Of a stretch of 64,000 nt of DNA, positions 51,128 to 60,957 are shown piece by piece; the stretch's first letter is position 1, and the number at the start of each line of letters is the position of its first letter. This DNA is from an uncultured bacterium (GTDB lineage: Bacteria; Fidelibacterota; Marinisomatia; Marinisomatales; JAHJCW01). The DNA is taken from NCBI GenBank assembly GCA_965369995.1, contig CBDURO010000005.1, forward strand, positions 4,295 through 68,294, given 5' to 3'. The position numbers and the translations under genes were made by a program. The notes under the pieces were generated by a model that was given only the letters and a program-made list of their open reading frames with translations, was not told the DNA's origin and searched no databases.

Positions 51128-51634
51128 GTGCAGATATTAGCCGGTAGATATAAGGGTGTTAGCATCCAAACTTCGGCCAAATATGAATACCGACCTACTC
51201 AATCGAAAGTACGCAAAAGTCTTTTTGATATTCTCGGTGATTTAAGCGATAAAACAGTAATTGATTTATTTGCAGGATCCGGAATATTAGGATTTGAAGC
51301 ACTTAGCAGGATGGCAAAAAGCGTTATCTTTGTTGAAACGAATAAATATTTAGTGCAATTGTTGTATAAGAATTGTTTAAAATTTGATCAACAAAAATGT
51401 ATTATTAGAAAAAATGATGTATACAAATTTCTTAATGAAAAACACTCGGCTGATTTAATATTGGTTGACCCACCATATGGTCAAAAAGATTTAAATTTAT
51501 TAATTAAATTATGCTTAAATATGCTCAATCCGGATGGTACACTAGTTTTAGAAACATCCACAAAGGATGAGCATATTAATGCTGATAGTGAAAGAATTTA
51601 TGGCAGTACCACACTTTCTTTTTGGAGAAAATAA
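51128..51634 (+). CDS. rsmD: 16S rRNA (guanine966-N2)-methyltransferase RsmD
   Basis: QILAGRYKG, RPTQSKVRKSLF, DLFAGSGILGFEALSR, VDPPY; GTG start. Confidence 0.93.
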   Translation: MQILAGRYKGVSIQTSAKYEYRPTQSKVRKSLFDILGDLSDKTVIDLFAGSGILGFEALSRMAKSVIFVETNKYLVQLLYKNCLKFDQQKCIIRKNDVYKFLNEKHSADLILVDPPYGQKDLNLLIKLCLNMLNPDGTLVLETSTKDEHINADSERIYGSTTLSFWRK

Positions 51635-52110
51635 TGAAAACAATAATTTATCCCGGTACATTTGATCCTATTCACAATGGACATATAAATATCGCTGAAC
51701 GGGCAGCGGTGTTATTTGATAAATTAATATTTGTTGTTGCCGATAATGAGCAAAAAACTTCGATGTTTACTGTTAAAGAGCGAGTTTTAATGATTGAAAA
51801 AGCTACGGAACATATTAAAAATATCATTGTTGCTTCCACTTCGGATTTGATTGTTAATTTCGCAAAACGCAAGAAAGCTGTAGCTCTAATCCGTGGATTG
51901 AGACATGTTAGTGATTTTGAATTTGAGTTTCAGATGGCAATGATGAACTTCCACTTAAATCCTGAAATTGTTACGATATTTATGATGCCAGATGAACAAT
52001 ACATCCATATAAATTCTACGGTAATAAAAAATGTTTCGAGACTTCACGGAAATATCTCAACTTATATTCCTAAAAGTGTTGAAGAGTGTTTGAATAATAA
52101 GAATAAATAA
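51634..52110 (+). CDS. coaD: Phosphopantetheine adenylyltransferase
   Basis: IYPGTFDPIHNGH, IRGLRHVSDFEFE, INST; start ATG 51634 (TAATG overlap). Confidence 0.97.
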   Translation: MKTIIYPGTFDPIHNGHINIAERAAVLFDKLIFVVADNEQKTSMFTVKERVLMIEKATEHIKNIIVASTSDLIVNFAKRKKAVALIRGLRHVSDFEFEFQMAMMNFHLNPEIVTIFMMPDEQYIHINSTVIKNVSRLHGNISTYIPKSVEECLNNKNK

Positions 52111-52116
52111 ATTATT

Positions 52117-52374
52117 ATGCCTACCTACGATTATATTTGTACTGACTGTAATTATAAATTTGAACATTTTCAATCAATGTCTGATGAACCAATTCGTGTA
52201 TGTCCGAATTGTAGTGGAAGAGTACGTCGGTTAATAAGTGGCGGGACAGGTTTAATTTTTAAAGGTAGTGGATATTATTTAACCGATTATAAGAGAAAAT
52301 CAATTTCGCAGGAAGTCCTTAAAAAACCGATAAAATCCAAAGAAACTAAGACGAAAAAGGATAAAAATGACTGA
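52117..52374 (+). CDS. FmdB-family zinc-ribbon protein
   Basis: [20 protein letters not shown]....[20 protein letters not shown]. Confidence 0.93.
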   Translation: MPTYDYICTDCNYKFEHFQSMSDEPIRVCPNCSGRVRRLISGGTGLIFKGSGYYLTDYKRKSISQEVLKKPIKSKETKTKKDKND

Positions 52375-53608
52375 TTATAAATTAGCTAAAGTGCCGAATA
52401 ACGGTGAAATAATTAAATATATTAATGGAGTATTTGAGGTACCAAATAATCCGATTATTCCATTCATCCGTGGCGATGGAATTGGATCGGATATTTGGTC
52501 AGCGGCGGTTAGAGTATTTGACGCAGCAGTGCAAAAAACATTTAATAACACTAACAAAATTGAATGGATGGAAATATTTGCTGGAGAGAAAGCTCATGAA
52601 CTATCAGGTGAATGGTTACCGGAAGAAACTCCACAAATAATAAAAGATTTTGCTGTTGCAATTAAGGGACCGCTAACCACACCCGTTGGTGGTGGAATTA
52701 GGAGTTTGAATGTATCATTACGGCAGATATTAGATTTATATGCTTGTATTAGACCGGTTAGATACTTTGAAGGAGTGCCTAGTCCGGTGAAAGATCCGGG
52801 TAAATTAAATGTAGTAATATATCGTGAAAATACCGAAGATGTATATGCCGGAATCGAGTGGAAAAGCGGATCAAAAGAATCAAAAAAACTAATTGAATAT
52901 ATTAGAGATAACTTTGGTAAAAATATTAGGGATTTGTCAGGTATTGGAATTAAACCGATTAGTCCATTCGGTAGTAAAAGATTAGTAAAAAAAGCTATTC
53001 AATTTGCGGTTGACCAAAATCGTTCATCTGTTACACTCGTTCATAAAGGAAATATACAAAAATATACGGAAGGTGCATTCCGTGATTGGGGCTATGAAGT
53101 CGCTAAAAGCGATTTTTCTTCACAAGTTGTAACAGAGGCTGATCTTTGGGAAAAATATGATGGTAAAGTGAATGGGAAAATTGTGATAAAAGACAGAATT
53201 GCAGATTCAATGTTTCAGCAAATATTGCTTAGACCGGAAGAATATGATGTTCTTGCAACAACTAATTTAAACGGCGATTATATTTCCGATGCATGTGCTG
53301 CACAAGTTGGCGGTCTTGGATTAGCCCCCGGTGCTAATATGTCTGATGAGGTTGCGTTATTTGAAGCCACGCATGGCACAGCTCCAAAATATGCCGGTCA
53401 AAATAAAGTTAATCCCGGTTCTATAATACTATCCGGTGTAATGATGTTTGAGCATATGGGATGGCAAAAGGCTGCAGATATGATTGTTGATGCAATTCAG
53501 CGTACAATTACTCAAAAAACAGCAACTTATGATTTAGAACGGCAAATGGAAGGTGCAACAAAAGTATCAACTTCCGGTTTTGCCGATGCAATTATAGCGA
53601 ATTTGTAA
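52367..53608 (+). CDS. icd: NADP-dependent isocitrate dehydrogenase
   Basis: [60 protein letters not shown]. Confidence 0.98.
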   Translation: MTDYKLAKVPNNGEIIKYINGVFEVPNNPIIPFIRGDGIGSDIWSAAVRVFDAAVQKTFNNTNKIEWMEIFAGEKAHELSGEWLPEETPQIIKDFAVAIKGPLTTPVGGGIRSLNVSLRQILDLYACIRPVRYFEGVPSPVKDPGKLNVVIYRENTEDVYAGIEWKSGSKESKKLIEYIRDNFGKNIRDLSGIGIKPISPFGSKRLVKKAIQFAVDQNRSSVTLVHKGNIQKYTEGAFRDWGYEVAKSDFSSQVVTEADLWEKYDGKVNGKIVIKDRIADSMFQQILLRPEEYDVLATTNLNGDYISDACAAQVGGLGLAPGANMSDEVALFEATHGTAPKYAGQNKVNPGSIILSGVMMFEHMGWQKAADMIVDAIQRTITQKTATYDLERQMEGATKVSTSGFADAIIANL

Positions 53609-53645
53609 CTTATTAAAAAAGGTATAGTGGTACGCTTAATTAATT

Positions 53646-54623
53646 ATGTTTATAGACTATACAAAAGTTACTTGTTATTCAGGCAATGGAGGTGCTGGAA
53701 GAATATCGTTTAGACGGGAAAAGTTTGTCCCGAAAGGTGGACCGGATGGCGGAAATGGTGGAAAAGGTGGTGATATTGTTTTTATAGTTGATGCTAATCT
53801 GTATACATTGCAAGATATCCGTTATAACCGTATTTATAAAGCACAACATGGTGAACCCGGTGGAAAAAGCGAAAGAACAGGGAAAAATGGTGTTGATTTA
53901 TTAATTCGTGTACCGCCCGGGACTATTATCAAAGATTCAGAAAGTGATAAAGTTTTAGCTGATTTAGTTGATGATGATGACAAATATATTTCATGTAAAG
54001 GCGGAATTGGTGGTAGAGGTAATGTAAATTTTAAATCAGCAACAAATCAAACTCCAAGAATTGCGCAGCCGGGAATGCCAGGTGAAAAAGGTACCTTTAA
54101 TTTAGAGTTAAAAGTATTAGCTGATGTAGGTTTAGTTGGTTTACCGAATTCAGGAAAATCAACTTTACTTTCGAGGATTACATCGGCAACACCGAAAATT
54201 GCAGATTATCCATTCACTACATTGCAACCATATTTAGGCATAGTCAAAGTTGGCAATTTTAAATCATTTGTGATGGCAGATATACCGGGAATTATTGAAG
54301 GTGCAAGTGAAGGGAAAGGTTTAGGACATCAGTTCTTAAAGCACATAGAAAGAAATAGATTGTTGCTATTTTTAATTGATTCTCAAAACGAGGAGCCATT
54401 AAATACATTAAAATTATTAAGAGAGGAACTATACGCACATAATTCATCATTAAAAGAAAAACCCTACATTATTGTAAGGTCTAAATTTGATCTGATCATT
54501 AATGATAAATCAAAAATGGAGTGGCCAATTGAAATGGGGGATTCCATTGATATATCAGCAGTTACAGGTTATGGAATTGATAAATTAATTAAGCTAATTG
54601 ATAAGAAATTGAATGAAAATTGA
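53646..54623 (+). CDS. obgE: GTPase Obg/CgtA, short form
   Basis: MFID, FRREKFVPKGGPDGGNGG, ADVGLVGLPNSGKST, DYPFTT, DIPGIIEGA. Confidence 0.98.
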   Translation: MFIDYTKVTCYSGNGGAGRISFRREKFVPKGGPDGGNGGKGGDIVFIVDANLYTLQDIRYNRIYKAQHGEPGGKSERTGKNGVDLLIRVPPGTIIKDSESDKVLADLVDDDDKYISCKGGIGGRGNVNFKSATNQTPRIAQPGMPGEKGTFNLELKVLADVGLVGLPNSGKSTLLSRITSATPKIADYPFTTLQPYLGIVKVGNFKSFVMADIPGIIEGASEGKGLGHQFLKHIERNRLLLFLIDSQNEEPLNTLKLLREELYAHNSSLKEKPYIIVRSKFDLIINDKSKMEWPIEMGDSIDISAVTGYGIDKLIKLIDKKLNEN

Positions 54624-55490
54624 TCAAATTGTAGCGATATTCAATTTGCTAAATGTTCCAAAAGTTGGTCCACAAAAAGTACGGAATCTTGTTTCAAAAT
54701 TTAATACACCTGTAAGTATTTTTTCATTAACAGAACAAAAACTTTGCAGTGTAGAAGGGATTGATCAAAAATCTGCAAAAGCAATACGGTCTTTCAAAGA
54801 TTTTGAAATAGGGGAAAAGTTAGCTGAGAAAACTATTTCACAGGGTATTACAATATTTACTTTGTGGGATAAAGAGTATCCACAATTATTAAAAAAATAT
54901 ATGACCCGCCAGTATTACTATTTTCAATTGGTAAACCACTAAATGTAAAAGAAGATGCAGTAGCGATAGTAGGTACAAGATCTGCAACACAATATGGTAA
55001 ACGGGTAACAATAAAATTGGCAACTGAGCTTTCAAGTAAAAATATTGTGATAGTCAGTGGATTGGCTCGTGGTATAGACACTGTTGTTGAAGCTGGAAAT
55101 AAAAGTGGTGCTATTCTCACAGCATTAAATGCAGTTGATCAAAACAGAGAAATATTTGCAGTACCCGGACGAATTGATGATAAACAAAGTTTAGGGTGTA
55201 TTAGATTAATCCGTAACGGTGCGATACCTGTCCAAAATGGTGAACAAGTTGTTGATAATATTAAAAATCAACTTTTTAATCCAATTACACCGGTTCAACA
55301 AAATATTAAATTGGATTTATCGAATGAAGAACAAAAAGTATTTAAACATTTATCAAATGATCCGATACATATTGATTTACTAAGTGAAAAATCAGGGATC
55401 GGTGTAACATCTTTGCTAGGAATATTACTATCTTTGGAATTAAAAGGTGCAATTGTGCAAATAGGCGGGAAGCAATTTGTTATATCTTAA
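54613..55490 (+). pseudogene. dprA: DNA-processing protein DprA/Smf, frameshifted and internally deleted
   Basis: HhH N-terminus (VPKVGP) then YPQLLKK; one base missing at A7 54891-54897 (restored: IYDPPVLL..AIVGTRSAT.YG); GLARGIDT is joined directly to VVEAGNKSGA at about 55080-55088; C-terminal winged helix PIHIDLL..LELKG present. Confidence 0.92.
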
Positions 55491-55508
55491 AAAATGTGTT
55501 TTATCAAC

Positions 55509-55543
55509 TTGAACTTAGTATTACTGAGAAGTAATTTCGCCGG
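55509..55543 (+). promoter_or_regulatory. Stable-RNA-type promoter upstream of tRNA-Ser
   Basis: TTGAAC (55509-55514), 17 nt spacer, TAATTT (55532-55537), GC-rich discriminator CGCCGG (55538-55543). Confidence 0.65.
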
Positions 55544-55566
55544 TTAGTTTTTAACAATAATTATAA

Positions 55567-55658
<92 letters not shown>

Positions 55659-55686
55659 AATACAAACGAATACTAAAAATAATATA

Positions 55687-56091
55687 ATGGTAGAAGATAA
55701 GAAAAAAATAATACCCGATCATATAACAGAACAACAAAAGAAAGATACCGGATTAGCGTTAACCTTATTATTCCTTATAATAGGGCTAATTACAAAAGAT
55801 GTACTATTTTTCAAGTTAACTATCCCTATTATATTGTTTACGATGTTACTTCCTAAGTTATTATATCCGGTTGCAATATTTTGGTATAGCCTATCAAATT
55901 TGCTTGGATTTTTTATTTCAAAGATTGTCTTGTCAGTTATATTTATACTATTAATCGTACCCTTTGGATTATTTCGAAGATTGTTTGGAAAAGATAATTT
56001 ACAATTAAGACAATTTAAAGTATCAAAAAGTTCTGTCTTGATAAATAAAAATCACACCTATACACGTAAAGATATAATAAAACCATTTTAA
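55687..56091 (+). CDS. SxtJ-family membrane protein
   Basis: 134 aa; hydrophobic; P.LLYP..IFW..L..LLG, F.LLIVPFGLFRRLFGKD.L; upstream of the carbamoyltransferase. Confidence 0.8.
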   Translation: MVEDKKKIIPDHITEQQKKDTGLALTLLFLIIGLITKDVLFFKLTIPIILFTMLLPKLLYPVAIFWYSLSNLLGFFISKIVLSVIFILLIVPFGLFRRLFGKDNLQLRQFKVSKSSVLINKNHTYTRKDIIKPF

Positions 56092-56099
56092 GGTAAAAT

Positions 56100-57974
56100 A
56101 TGTCAGAATATATTTTAGGAATATCAGCTTACTATCATGATAGCGCAGCTGCGATTATTAGAGACGGTGAAATATTAGCTGCCGCACATGAAGAACGATT
56201 CACCAGAATCAAACATGATATGTCATTTCCAACTAATGCAGTAAAATATGTATTAAAAGAAGCAGGAATAGATTTTGAAGATTTAACAATTATTTCTTTC
56301 TATGATAAACCATTAATTAAGTTTGAGAGATTACTGGAAACTTATCATGCTTTCGCGCCAAAAGGTTTAGCAAGTTTTGTGACAGCAATTCCGGTTTGGA
56401 TAAAAGAAAAATTATTTATGAGAAGAATGTTGAATAACAAATTTTCAGAATTATTAACAAATCCCAGTAATAAATCAAAAATTCCACTGCATTTCCCTGA
56501 ACATCATTTATCTCATGCCGCTAGCGCATTTTATCCATCTCCATTTAAGGAAGCTGCAATTTTAACTATTGATGGAGTAGGTGAATGGGCTACATCAACT
56601 ATCGGTTATGGAACCGGTAGTCAAATTACCATCCTAAAAGAACTTCATTTCCCTCATTCTGTTGGATTATTATACTCTGCGTTTACATATTATACCGGAT
56701 TCCGAGTAAATAGCGGAGAATATAAATTGATGGGCTTAGCTCCTTACGGTATCCCCAATTCTGAGCAAACTCAACAATTTAAAGAATTAATTTATAAAGA
56801 ATTAATTGATGTTAGAGAAGATGGATCAATTCTTCTCAATATGAAATATTTTAGTTTTGCCACCGGACTTAAAATGTGTAATAATAAAAAATGGGAAGAA
56901 TTATTCGGTATTCCTCCTCGTAAAAGTGAAACAGACATTACTCAGGAATATATGAACATGGCTCTGGCAATACAGCAGGTTACAGAAGACATCGTTTTAA
57001 GATTAGCAAAAACTGTAAAAGAGCTTACTAAAAAAGACTATCTAGTTATGGCGGGTGGTGTTGCTTTAAATAGTGTAGCAAACGGTAAATTATTGCAAAG
57101 TGGATTATTTAAGGATATTTGGATTCAGCCGGCTGCAGGTGATGCGGGAGGAGCGGTTGGTGCAGCATTAGCATCTTGGTATATTGGAACAGATAAACAA
57201 AGGAACCTTGAAAAGGATTCTGATTCTATGATGGGTGCATATCTCGGACCGGAGTTTGGAGAAAAACAGATTCAAGCTGTTCTATCTAAATTTGATGCTA
57301 ATTATTCATGTTATAATGATTTTAATAAGCTTTCCAAAGATATTGCAAGTTTGATTGATAAAGGTAATGTAATTGGGTGGTTCCAAGGTCGTATGGAATA
57401 TGGTCCGAGAGCATTAGGTAATAGAAGCATTATAGGAGACGCACGAAATCCTAAAATGCAGAAAAAAATGAACCTGAAAATAAAATATCGTGAAGGGTTT
57501 AGACCGTTTGCACCGTCCGTTTTGGAAGAAGATATTGGAGAATATTTCGAACTTGATCGACCAAGTCCATACATGCTTTTAGTCGTTCCCATTAAAGAGA
57601 ATAGGAGAATACCTAGACCTAAGAATTATGACGGTTTACAACTTCTTGATCGTTTATATCAATTAGGTTCAGATGTACCAGCCATTACTCATGTTGATTA
57701 TTCAGGCCGTCTTCAAAGTGTGAATAAAAATACTAATCCAAAATACTGGCAGGTAATAAATGAATTTAAAAAATTAACTGGATATGGCATAATCGTGAAT
57801 ACAAGTTTTAATGTACGAGGTGAACCGATTGTATGTACTCCTGAAGATGGATATCGATGTTTTATGCGCACTGAAATGGATTATCTTGTACTTGGTAATT
57901 ATTTATTAAAGAAAAATGATCAGCCATCTTGGCAAGAAAAAGAAAATTGGGAAGAAAAATTTAAACTTGATTGA
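56100..57974 (+). CDS. NodU/CmcH-family O-carbamoyltransferase (SxtI-like)
   Basis: 624 aa; ILGISAYYHDSAAA, EERFTRIKHD, EHHLSHAASAF, DGVGE, EYKLMGLAPYG, QPAAGDAG, FGPRALGNRS-like, KYREGFRPFAP, NTSFNVRGEPIV. Confidence 0.95.
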   Translation: MSEYILGISAYYHDSAAAIIRDGEILAAAHEERFTRIKHDMSFPTNAVKYVLKEAGIDFEDLTIISFYDKPLIKFERLLETYHAFAPKGLASFVTAIPVWIKEKLFMRRMLNNKFSELLTNPSNKSKIPLHFPEHHLSHAASAFYPSPFKEAAILTIDGVGEWATSTIGYGTGSQITILKELHFPHSVGLLYSAFTYYTGFRVNSGEYKLMGLAPYGIPNSEQTQQFKELIYKELIDVREDGSILLNMKYFSFATGLKMCNNKKWEELFGIPPRKSETDITQEYMNMALAIQQVTEDIVLRLAKTVKELTKKDYLVMAGGVALNSVANGKLLQSGLFKDIWIQPAAGDAGGAVGAALASWYIGTDKQRNLEKDSDSMMGAYLGPEFGEKQIQAVLSKFDANYSCYNDFNKLSKDIASLIDKGNVIGWFQGRMEYGPRALGNRSIIGDARNPKMQKKMNLKIKYREGFRPFAPSVLEEDIGEYFELDRPSPYMLLVVPIKENRRIPRPKNYDGLQLLDRLYQLGSDVPAITHVDYSGRLQSVNKNTNPKYWQVINEFKKLTGYGIIVNTSFNVRGEPIVCTPEDGYRCFMRTEMDYLVLGNYLLKKNDQPSWQEKENWEEKFKLD

Positions 57975-58024
57975 TATTATATTGATTATAGTAAATTTTA
58001 TAAACTAATAAATATAGGTTTAAT

Positions 58025-58174
58025 ATGGAATTTTTAAAGGATATTTGGGGATTCGTAAAACACCGAAAAAAATATTGGCTGTTACCAATCATATTCGTCT
58101 TACTTCTTTTTGGTATATTGATAGTTATTGGTGGTGGTACAGCTGCTGCGCCTTTTATTTATACATTATTTTAA
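58025..58174 (+). CDS. SxtK/DUF5989-family small membrane protein (49 aa, not in the ORF track)
   Basis: My translation: MEFLKDIWGFVKHRKKYWLLPIIFVLLLFGILIVIGGGTAAAPFIYTLF; the RKKxWL.P and APFIYTLF motifs are the family signature. Confidence 0.9.
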   Translation: MEFLKDIWGFVKHRKKYWLLPIIFVLLLFGILIVIGGGTAAAPFIYTLF

Positions 58175-58357
58175 TCAATAATAGATTTATAAGAAGTAGC
58201 TGCATTTTACTAGAAATCTGAAATAATATAATTTTTATTAAATAGCATCGGTTATATCTGATCCATGTGATGCTAACTATATAACACCGTTGTAAGTATA
58301 ATTTATTAAGTTTAATTTTATAATCTTATTATAAATCAAACTAGTTTGAGAAGTATC

Positions 58358-59353
58358 ATGAAACACTATATTTATTTTATTGTTGTAGCATTATTGGTTA
58401 TTAGCTGCAGTACGAAGCGGGAAGCAATTGGTGCGGCTGATGAGATAATTGTTATTGTGTCTAAAGAAGATAGAAGTAGCATTAACAATGCTTTAACACA
58501 AATATTCTCAGATACGTTATTTACACCGCAACCGGAACCTATTTATAAATTAAATTATGCTGATCCGATTGGATTTAACGAATTGAAACGTCAAACAAAT
58601 TTGATAATTGGTTCAATTGGTACCAATGAATTGAATTCTGGTACAAAATTAGTTAAGTCGCTTTTAGGCGAGGAATTATTTACTGAAACGATTAGCGGCA
58701 ATAAGCAAATTATATTTTCTGAAGACCAATTTGGACGCGACCAATTATTTATGATAATTAGCGGAAAAACGATCAGTGATATTAATACTGCTCTTTTAGA
58801 AAAATCTGAATGGATAAAATCATATTTTGATAAAATATTTATCGAAAAACAGAAAAAATATTTATTCGGAAATGATCGGTTAAAAAAATTATCAAAAGAA
58901 TTTAAACAGAAATATGGATGGAAAATACAAATACCTTGGGGTTGGGAAGTAATCAAAGAATTACCGGATAGTAATTTTATTTGGTTAGGGCGAGAATTGC
59001 CTTACCAGTGGTTTTCTATTCATTGGGAGGATGGTTTTATTGTTGAAGACTCAACTATGGCTATTGATTATTCTAATCGGTTTCCGCAAGAATACTATAA
59101 AAGTGTAAGGTACAATGATTATAAATATAAACTGGAACAAGTTGTTTTTAATAATTGGACAGCATGGAAATCGGTTGGTATTTGGGAATCAATTGATGAA
59201 GCGAGAGGCGGGCCATTCATTAACTATACTTGGTATGACGGTGTTACAGACCGAACATACAATTTGAATATGTTGGTATTTATCCCGAGTAAGAATAAAG
59301 CTACTTTTATGAGAAAATTGGATATTATTGCACATTCATTTACTGTGAAATAA
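58358..59353 (+). CDS. DUF4837-like lipoprotein
   Basis: Lipobox LVISC from ATG 58358; AIG..DEIIV, PQPEP, FGRDQ, WLGRE, GGPFINY. Confidence 0.7.
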   Translation: MKHYIYFIVVALLVISCSTKREAIGAADEIIVIVSKEDRSSINNALTQIFSDTLFTPQPEPIYKLNYADPIGFNELKRQTNLIIGSIGTNELNSGTKLVKSLLGEELFTETISGNKQIIFSEDQFGRDQLFMIISGKTISDINTALLEKSEWIKSYFDKIFIEKQKKYLFGNDRLKKLSKEFKQKYGWKIQIPWGWEVIKELPDSNFIWLGRELPYQWFSIHWEDGFIVEDSTMAIDYSNRFPQEYYKSVRYNDYKYKLEQVVFNNWTAWKSVGIWESIDEARGGPFINYTWYDGVTDRTYNLNMLVFIPSKNKATFMRKLDIIAHSFTVK

Positions 59354-59359
59354 AAATTT

Positions 59360-60244
59360 ATGTCAAAGAGAATATTGATAACTGGTGCTTCAGGACAATT
59401 AGGAAATTCCGTTCTTAATCAATTATACGAAAAATATGAGCTGCTTGCTACTGATATCAATGTTCATAATATTAATACTTTAAATATTCCATTTGCCGTG
59501 CTTGATATCACTAATTTTGAACAAATTAAAAGTACATTATCAAATTATAATCCCAAAGTGATAATTAATCTTGCCGCTTTCACCGATGTTGACGGATGTG
59601 AGTTGAATTCTGAAAAAGCATATTTATTAAATACAAAATCAGTAGAAATGTTATCTGCTAATTTTAACGGACAATTTATTCAGATATCAACTGATTATGT
59701 TTTTGATGGATATAATGGACCATATAGTGAGGATGATAATACAAATCCTTTAAGTATTTACGGAAAGACAAAACTTGAAGCGGAAAAAATATTACAAGAA
59801 TTTGGAAATAATTGGTGTATTTTAAGAACCAATGTATTGTTTGATAATTATAATGGTACAGAAACAAGTTTTATTAAGTGGGTCATTGATTCCTTAAAAT
59901 CAAATAAATCTATAAAAGTTGTTGATGATCAATGGAATAATCCGACCTGGGCACAAAGTTTAGCAGAAGTGATCGAACTTGTTATAAATAAGAACGTAAC
60001 AGGTCTTTATAATTATGGTGGAGCAGATTATCTAAATCGATTTGAATTTGCACAAATAATTGCAGATATTTTCAATTTAGATAAAACGTTAATTTCATCA
60101 ATTAGCACTAATAATTTAAACCAAACTGCACCACGTCCCTTAAAAGGTGGATTGAAAACAGGAAAGATTGAAAAAGAATTTGGTATAAAATGTGTTGAAT
60201 TAAAATATAGTTTAAATATGATAAAATCACGGTTAACAGAATGA
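59360..60244 (+). CDS. rfbD: dTDP-4-dehydrorhamnose reductase
   Basis: ILITGASGQLG, NLAAFTDVDGCE, ISTDYVFDG, NPLSIYGKTK, DQWNNPT, APRP. Confidence 0.93.
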   Translation: MSKRILITGASGQLGNSVLNQLYEKYELLATDINVHNINTLNIPFAVLDITNFEQIKSTLSNYNPKVIINLAAFTDVDGCELNSEKAYLLNTKSVEMLSANFNGQFIQISTDYVFDGYNGPYSEDDNTNPLSIYGKTKLEAEKILQEFGNNWCILRTNVLFDNYNGTETSFIKWVIDSLKSNKSIKVVDDQWNNPTWAQSLAEVIELVINKNVTGLYNYGGADYLNRFEFAQIIADIFNLDKTLISSISTNNLNQTAPRPLKGGLKTGKIEKEFGIKCVELKYSLNMIKSRLTE

Positions 60245-60957
60245 AAACGTTGATAGTAACACCTACTTATAACGAGAGTAAGAATATTGGATCGCTTATT
60301 ACTTCATTGAATAGGATAGACCCAAATTATCATATATTGGTTGTTGATGATAATTCGCCTGATGGTACCGCTAAAATTGTAATTCAATTACAGAAAAAAT
60401 ACAAAAATCTTCATTTAGCTGAACGTCCCAAAAAACGAGGACTCGGGACTGCTTATTGTTTTGGATTCAAATGGGCGCTGGAACACGATTATGATTATAT
60501 CGTACAGATTGATGCAGACCTATCACACAATCCCGAAGATGTTCCCCAAATGGTGGAATTATTAAAAGAACATGATTTAGTTATTGGTAGTCGCTATTGT
60601 GATGGTATCAGCGTAGTTCGTTGGCCGTTACGGCGATTGATTTTAAGTTATTTTGCAAATCTTTATTCGCGTATTGTTACCGGAGTTAAGATCAGAGATT
60701 TAACCGGCGGATTTAAAGTTTGGCGTAGAAAAGCCCTTGAGAATATTGATTTAGATAATATCCGTTCGCAAGGCTATGCATTTCAAATTGAGATGAATTT
60801 TCATGCACAACGCAAAGGATATCGCATCCATGAACATCCGATTATTTTTATTGATCGTACAATTGGTGAATCAAAGATGTCACGTAAAATAATGTTTGAA
60901 ACAGCTTATTTGGTTTGGCAATTCCGGTTCTGGAAAATTTTTGGTTGGTATAAGTGA
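60241..60957 (+). CDS. Polyprenol-monophosphomannose synthase-like GT2 (Ppm1/DPM1 type)
   Basis: PTYNE, VVDDNSPDGT, GLGTAY, QIDADLSHNP, GSRY, DLTGGFK, GYAFQIE, FIDRTIGESKM. Confidence 0.9.
   Translation: MKTLIVTPTYNESKNIGSLITSLNRIDPNYHILVVDDNSPDGTAKIVIQLQKKYKNLHLAERPKKRGLGTAYCFGFKWALEHDYDYIVQIDADLSHNPEDVPQMVELLKEHDLVIGSRYCDGISVVRWPLRRLILSYFANLYSRIVTGVKIRDLTGGFKVWRRKALENIDLDNIRSQGYAFQIEMNFHAQRKGYRIHEHPIIFIDRTIGESKMSRKIMFETAYLVWQFRFWKIFGWYK

Noticed and set aside
54891-54897. Programmed ribosomal frameshift restoring DprA
   Set aside because: Even in the restored frame the Rossmann core is deleted, so the product is unlikely to work.
55687-58174. Saxitoxin biosynthesis cluster
   Set aside because: Only sxtI/J/K-like genes; no sxtA, sxtG, sxtB or other core genes.
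58309-58342. AT-only hairpin or terminator before the DUF4837-like gene
   Set aside because: Stem is almost all A/T with an internal loop and no U-tract; expected by chance. No convincing intrinsic terminator was found in the window.
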